From NCBI GenBank assembly GCA_963422375.2, contig OY729428.2:1856001-1920000 (forward strand): a stretch of DNA of 64,000 nucleotides, read 5' to 3'. Shown here piece after piece: positions 62,306 to 64,000 of the stretch; the stretch's first letter is position 1; each line of letters opens with the position of its first letter. Origin of the DNA: Bryobacterales bacterium. Its GTDB lineage: Bacteria; Acidobacteriota; Terriglobia; Bryobacterales; UBA6623. The translations under genes were made by a program, and so were the position numbers. The notes beneath the pieces are model-generated. The model was not told the DNA's origin. It saw only the letters and a list, made by a program, of their open reading frames with translations, and did not search any database.

Positions 62306-63499
62306 TCAGCCGACGATCGCCGAGTAGACGAGCACCCCGAACTTCGCCCTCAGGCTCAGGTCCCCGCTCGGACGCACCTGCACCATCAACACGGCGCAGA
62401 GATCCTCGGCCGGATCGACCCAGAACACGGTTCCCTGCGACCCTCCCCAGAAGAACGATCCCTCCGAATACGGCAGCCCCGCCCTTGCGCGGTCCAGCAC
62501 GACCGCGACTCCAAGGCCGAATCCGAGCCCCGGACGGTAGCTCGTGCCCTCCTCGAGGTGATTCGCGGCCATGAGGGTGACGCTACCGGGGGCAAGCAAG
62601 CGCCGGCCGCGGAATTCGCCGCCGTCGAGCAGCATCTGGCAAAAGCGCCAGTAGTCGGCGGCGGTCGTGTGCAGTCCACTGGCGCCCGAGACGAAGCTCC
62701 TCTGCCGGGACGCTTCGGCCGGTTCTCGCGATGAGCGCTCAGGATCGTCGTTCCCGTCGACGACGAGTGTCGCCCGGCGGTGCTCCTTGGACTCCGGCGG
62801 CCAGTAATGCGTGTCGGACATGCCCAGCGGATCGAGCAGGCGCTGTTGCAGGAACTGGTCGAGCCCCTGCCCGGCCACGCGCTCGACGAGGTGACCGAGC
62901 ACGTCTAAGGAGTCGCCGTATATCCACCTGCTGCCGGGCTCGGCTCGCAGGGGCGTCCTGGCGGATTCCCGCATCAGCTCCTGCATGGTCGGAAAGGCGT
63001 ACTTTTCGACGCGGGTCCGGCCGTCGTCGAAGCCCGACGTGTGAGTGAACAGGTGCTGCACCCGCATGGGGCGCTGCGCGGGCTTGGGCTCGCCGTCGTC
63101 GACCGCAACGAGGCGCCCGCCGAACTCCGGGATGTGCTTCGCCACCCGGTCGGAAAGCATGACCCGCCCTTCCTCGTACAGCATCAGGGCGGCTGCCGCT
63201 GTCAGCGGCTTCGTCATCGACGCCACGTCGAAGAGGGCGTCGAGTGGCATCGGATCGTTGCTGTCCATCCCAAGAGTTCCGGTGGCGCGATGGTGGACCA
63301 CTTTGCCCCTGCGGGCGACCAACGAGACGAACCCGGCGGCTTGCTGGCGTTCGACCATTCCGTCCAGCCACCGCTCCAATTGCGCTAGCCGTTCCGACGA
63401 CATGCCGACGGATTCCGGTTGCGCAAGGCGGATGGGCGGCGGGTCGGCAGCCAGGACGGCGGTCGACACCAGGACCGCGGCGACCAGTCGGGACCACAT
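62306..63499 (-). CDS. Serine hydrolase, beta-lactamase/penicillin-binding-protein family
   Basis: PESVGMSSERL, SMTK (SxxK), LFTHTSG, PLGMSDT, WGGSQGTVFWVDP; start uncertain. Confidence 0.9.
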   Translation of the reverse strand: MWSRLVAAVLVSTAVLAADPPPIRLAQPESVGMSSERLAQLERWLDGMVERQQAAGFVSLVARRGKVVHHRATGTLGMDSNDPMPLDALFDVASMTKPLTAAAALMLYEEGRVMLSDRVAKHIPEFGGRLVAVDDGEPKPAQRPMRVQHLFTHTSGFDDGRTRVEKYAFPTMQELMRESARTPLRAEPGSRWIYGDSLDVLGHLVERVAGQGLDQFLQQRLLDPLGMSDTHYWPPESKEHRRATLVVDGNDDPERSSREPAEASRQRSFVSGASGLHTTAADYWRFCQMLLDGGEFRGRRLLAPGSVTLMAANHLEEGTSYRPGLGFGLGVAVVLDRARAGLPYSEGSFFWGGSQGTVFWVDPAEDLCAVLMVQVRPSGDLSLRAKFGVLVYSAIVG

Positions 63500-63609
63500 G
63501 CGAGACAATTTCTGCTCCTCCGCTACAAGCGCGCCCATCGTAGCAGCGACTGTCTCCCGGCCTGGCAGCAGCCGTCCGAGCGGCCGCCGCGACTCGACGG
63601 CGCCACGGC

Positions 63610-64000
63610 TCACGATTCGCGGAGAACTGCGTTCGGGTCGACCCGTGACGCGCGCGTGGCGGGCAGGAACCCGGCGGCCGTCGCGACCGCGAGTAGCACG
63701 GCCGCCATGAGCAGGAAGTTGCCGACGGCGTCTGCCGGGCGGGATTCGAAGTGGTTCGCCAGCAAGCGGGACAAGGCGTAGGCGCCCATTGCTCCGATGG
63801 CGATACCGCCTGCGGTCACGCGCCAGCAGGAGCCCAGCACCGACGCAAGGAGAAGGGAGCGGTCCTCCCCGAGCGCCAGGCGCACGCCGAATTCGCGCCT
63901 TCGCCGTCCGACCGCATTGGAGACGACACCGTACAGGCCCACCGCGGTGGGCAGCATGGCGAGCAGCGACAGACTGCCGAGCAGCCGCACCAGAGTCCAC
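63610..64000 (-). CDS. ABC transporter permease (FtsX/MacB-like), 3' part only
   Basis: GLYGVVS…RRREFGVRLALG…PATRASRVDP…LR; runs off the window edge. Confidence 0.85.
   Translation of the reverse strand, partial: WTLVRLLGSLSLLAMLPTAVGLYGVVSNAVGRRRREFGVRLALGEDRSLLLASVLGSCWRVTAGGIAIGAMGAYALSRLLANHFESRPADAVGNFLLMAAVLLAVATAAGFLPATRASRVDPNAVLRES

Overview
GC-rich bacterial chromosomal segment. The gene content (two large carboxypeptidase-regulatory-domain TonB-dependent receptors, DUF1592/DUF1552 and PSD1/DUF1501 pairs, YpdA, ggt-hpnCDE, FtsX-type permease) suggests an Acidobacteriota-like organism; this is an inference, and a host-associated lifestyle is possible. About 25 intact genes (mostly secreted hydrolases and metabolic enzymes) and two tRNAs (Arg-CCT, Thr-CGT) are interrupted by four mobile/accessory zones. 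(1) 9.2-14.2 kb: a decayed C5-methyltransferase/endonuclease pair hit by two IS1595-family elements. (2) 29.27-31.45 kb: a MITE, a 378-bp spacer and an IS, bracketed as one unit by a single 8-bp target duplication (apparent composite transposon). (3) 36.0-40.1 kb: an IS1595 transposase relic split by an ISNCY element, followed by a decayed KpnI-like restriction-modification pair. (4) 59.76-61.22 kb: an IS1595 nested inside the terminal repeat of a MITE. The most unusual signal is that damaging substitutions in three different IS types repeatedly convert CTGG/CCAG to CCGG, which suggests a sequence-specific T:G-to-C:G repair or conversion process. A 1614-aa multidomain protein with two CxxCH motifs is the most notable uncharacterised gene. 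No CRISPR array or rRNA was seen. All family assignments come from motif recognition by eye, not from database searches.
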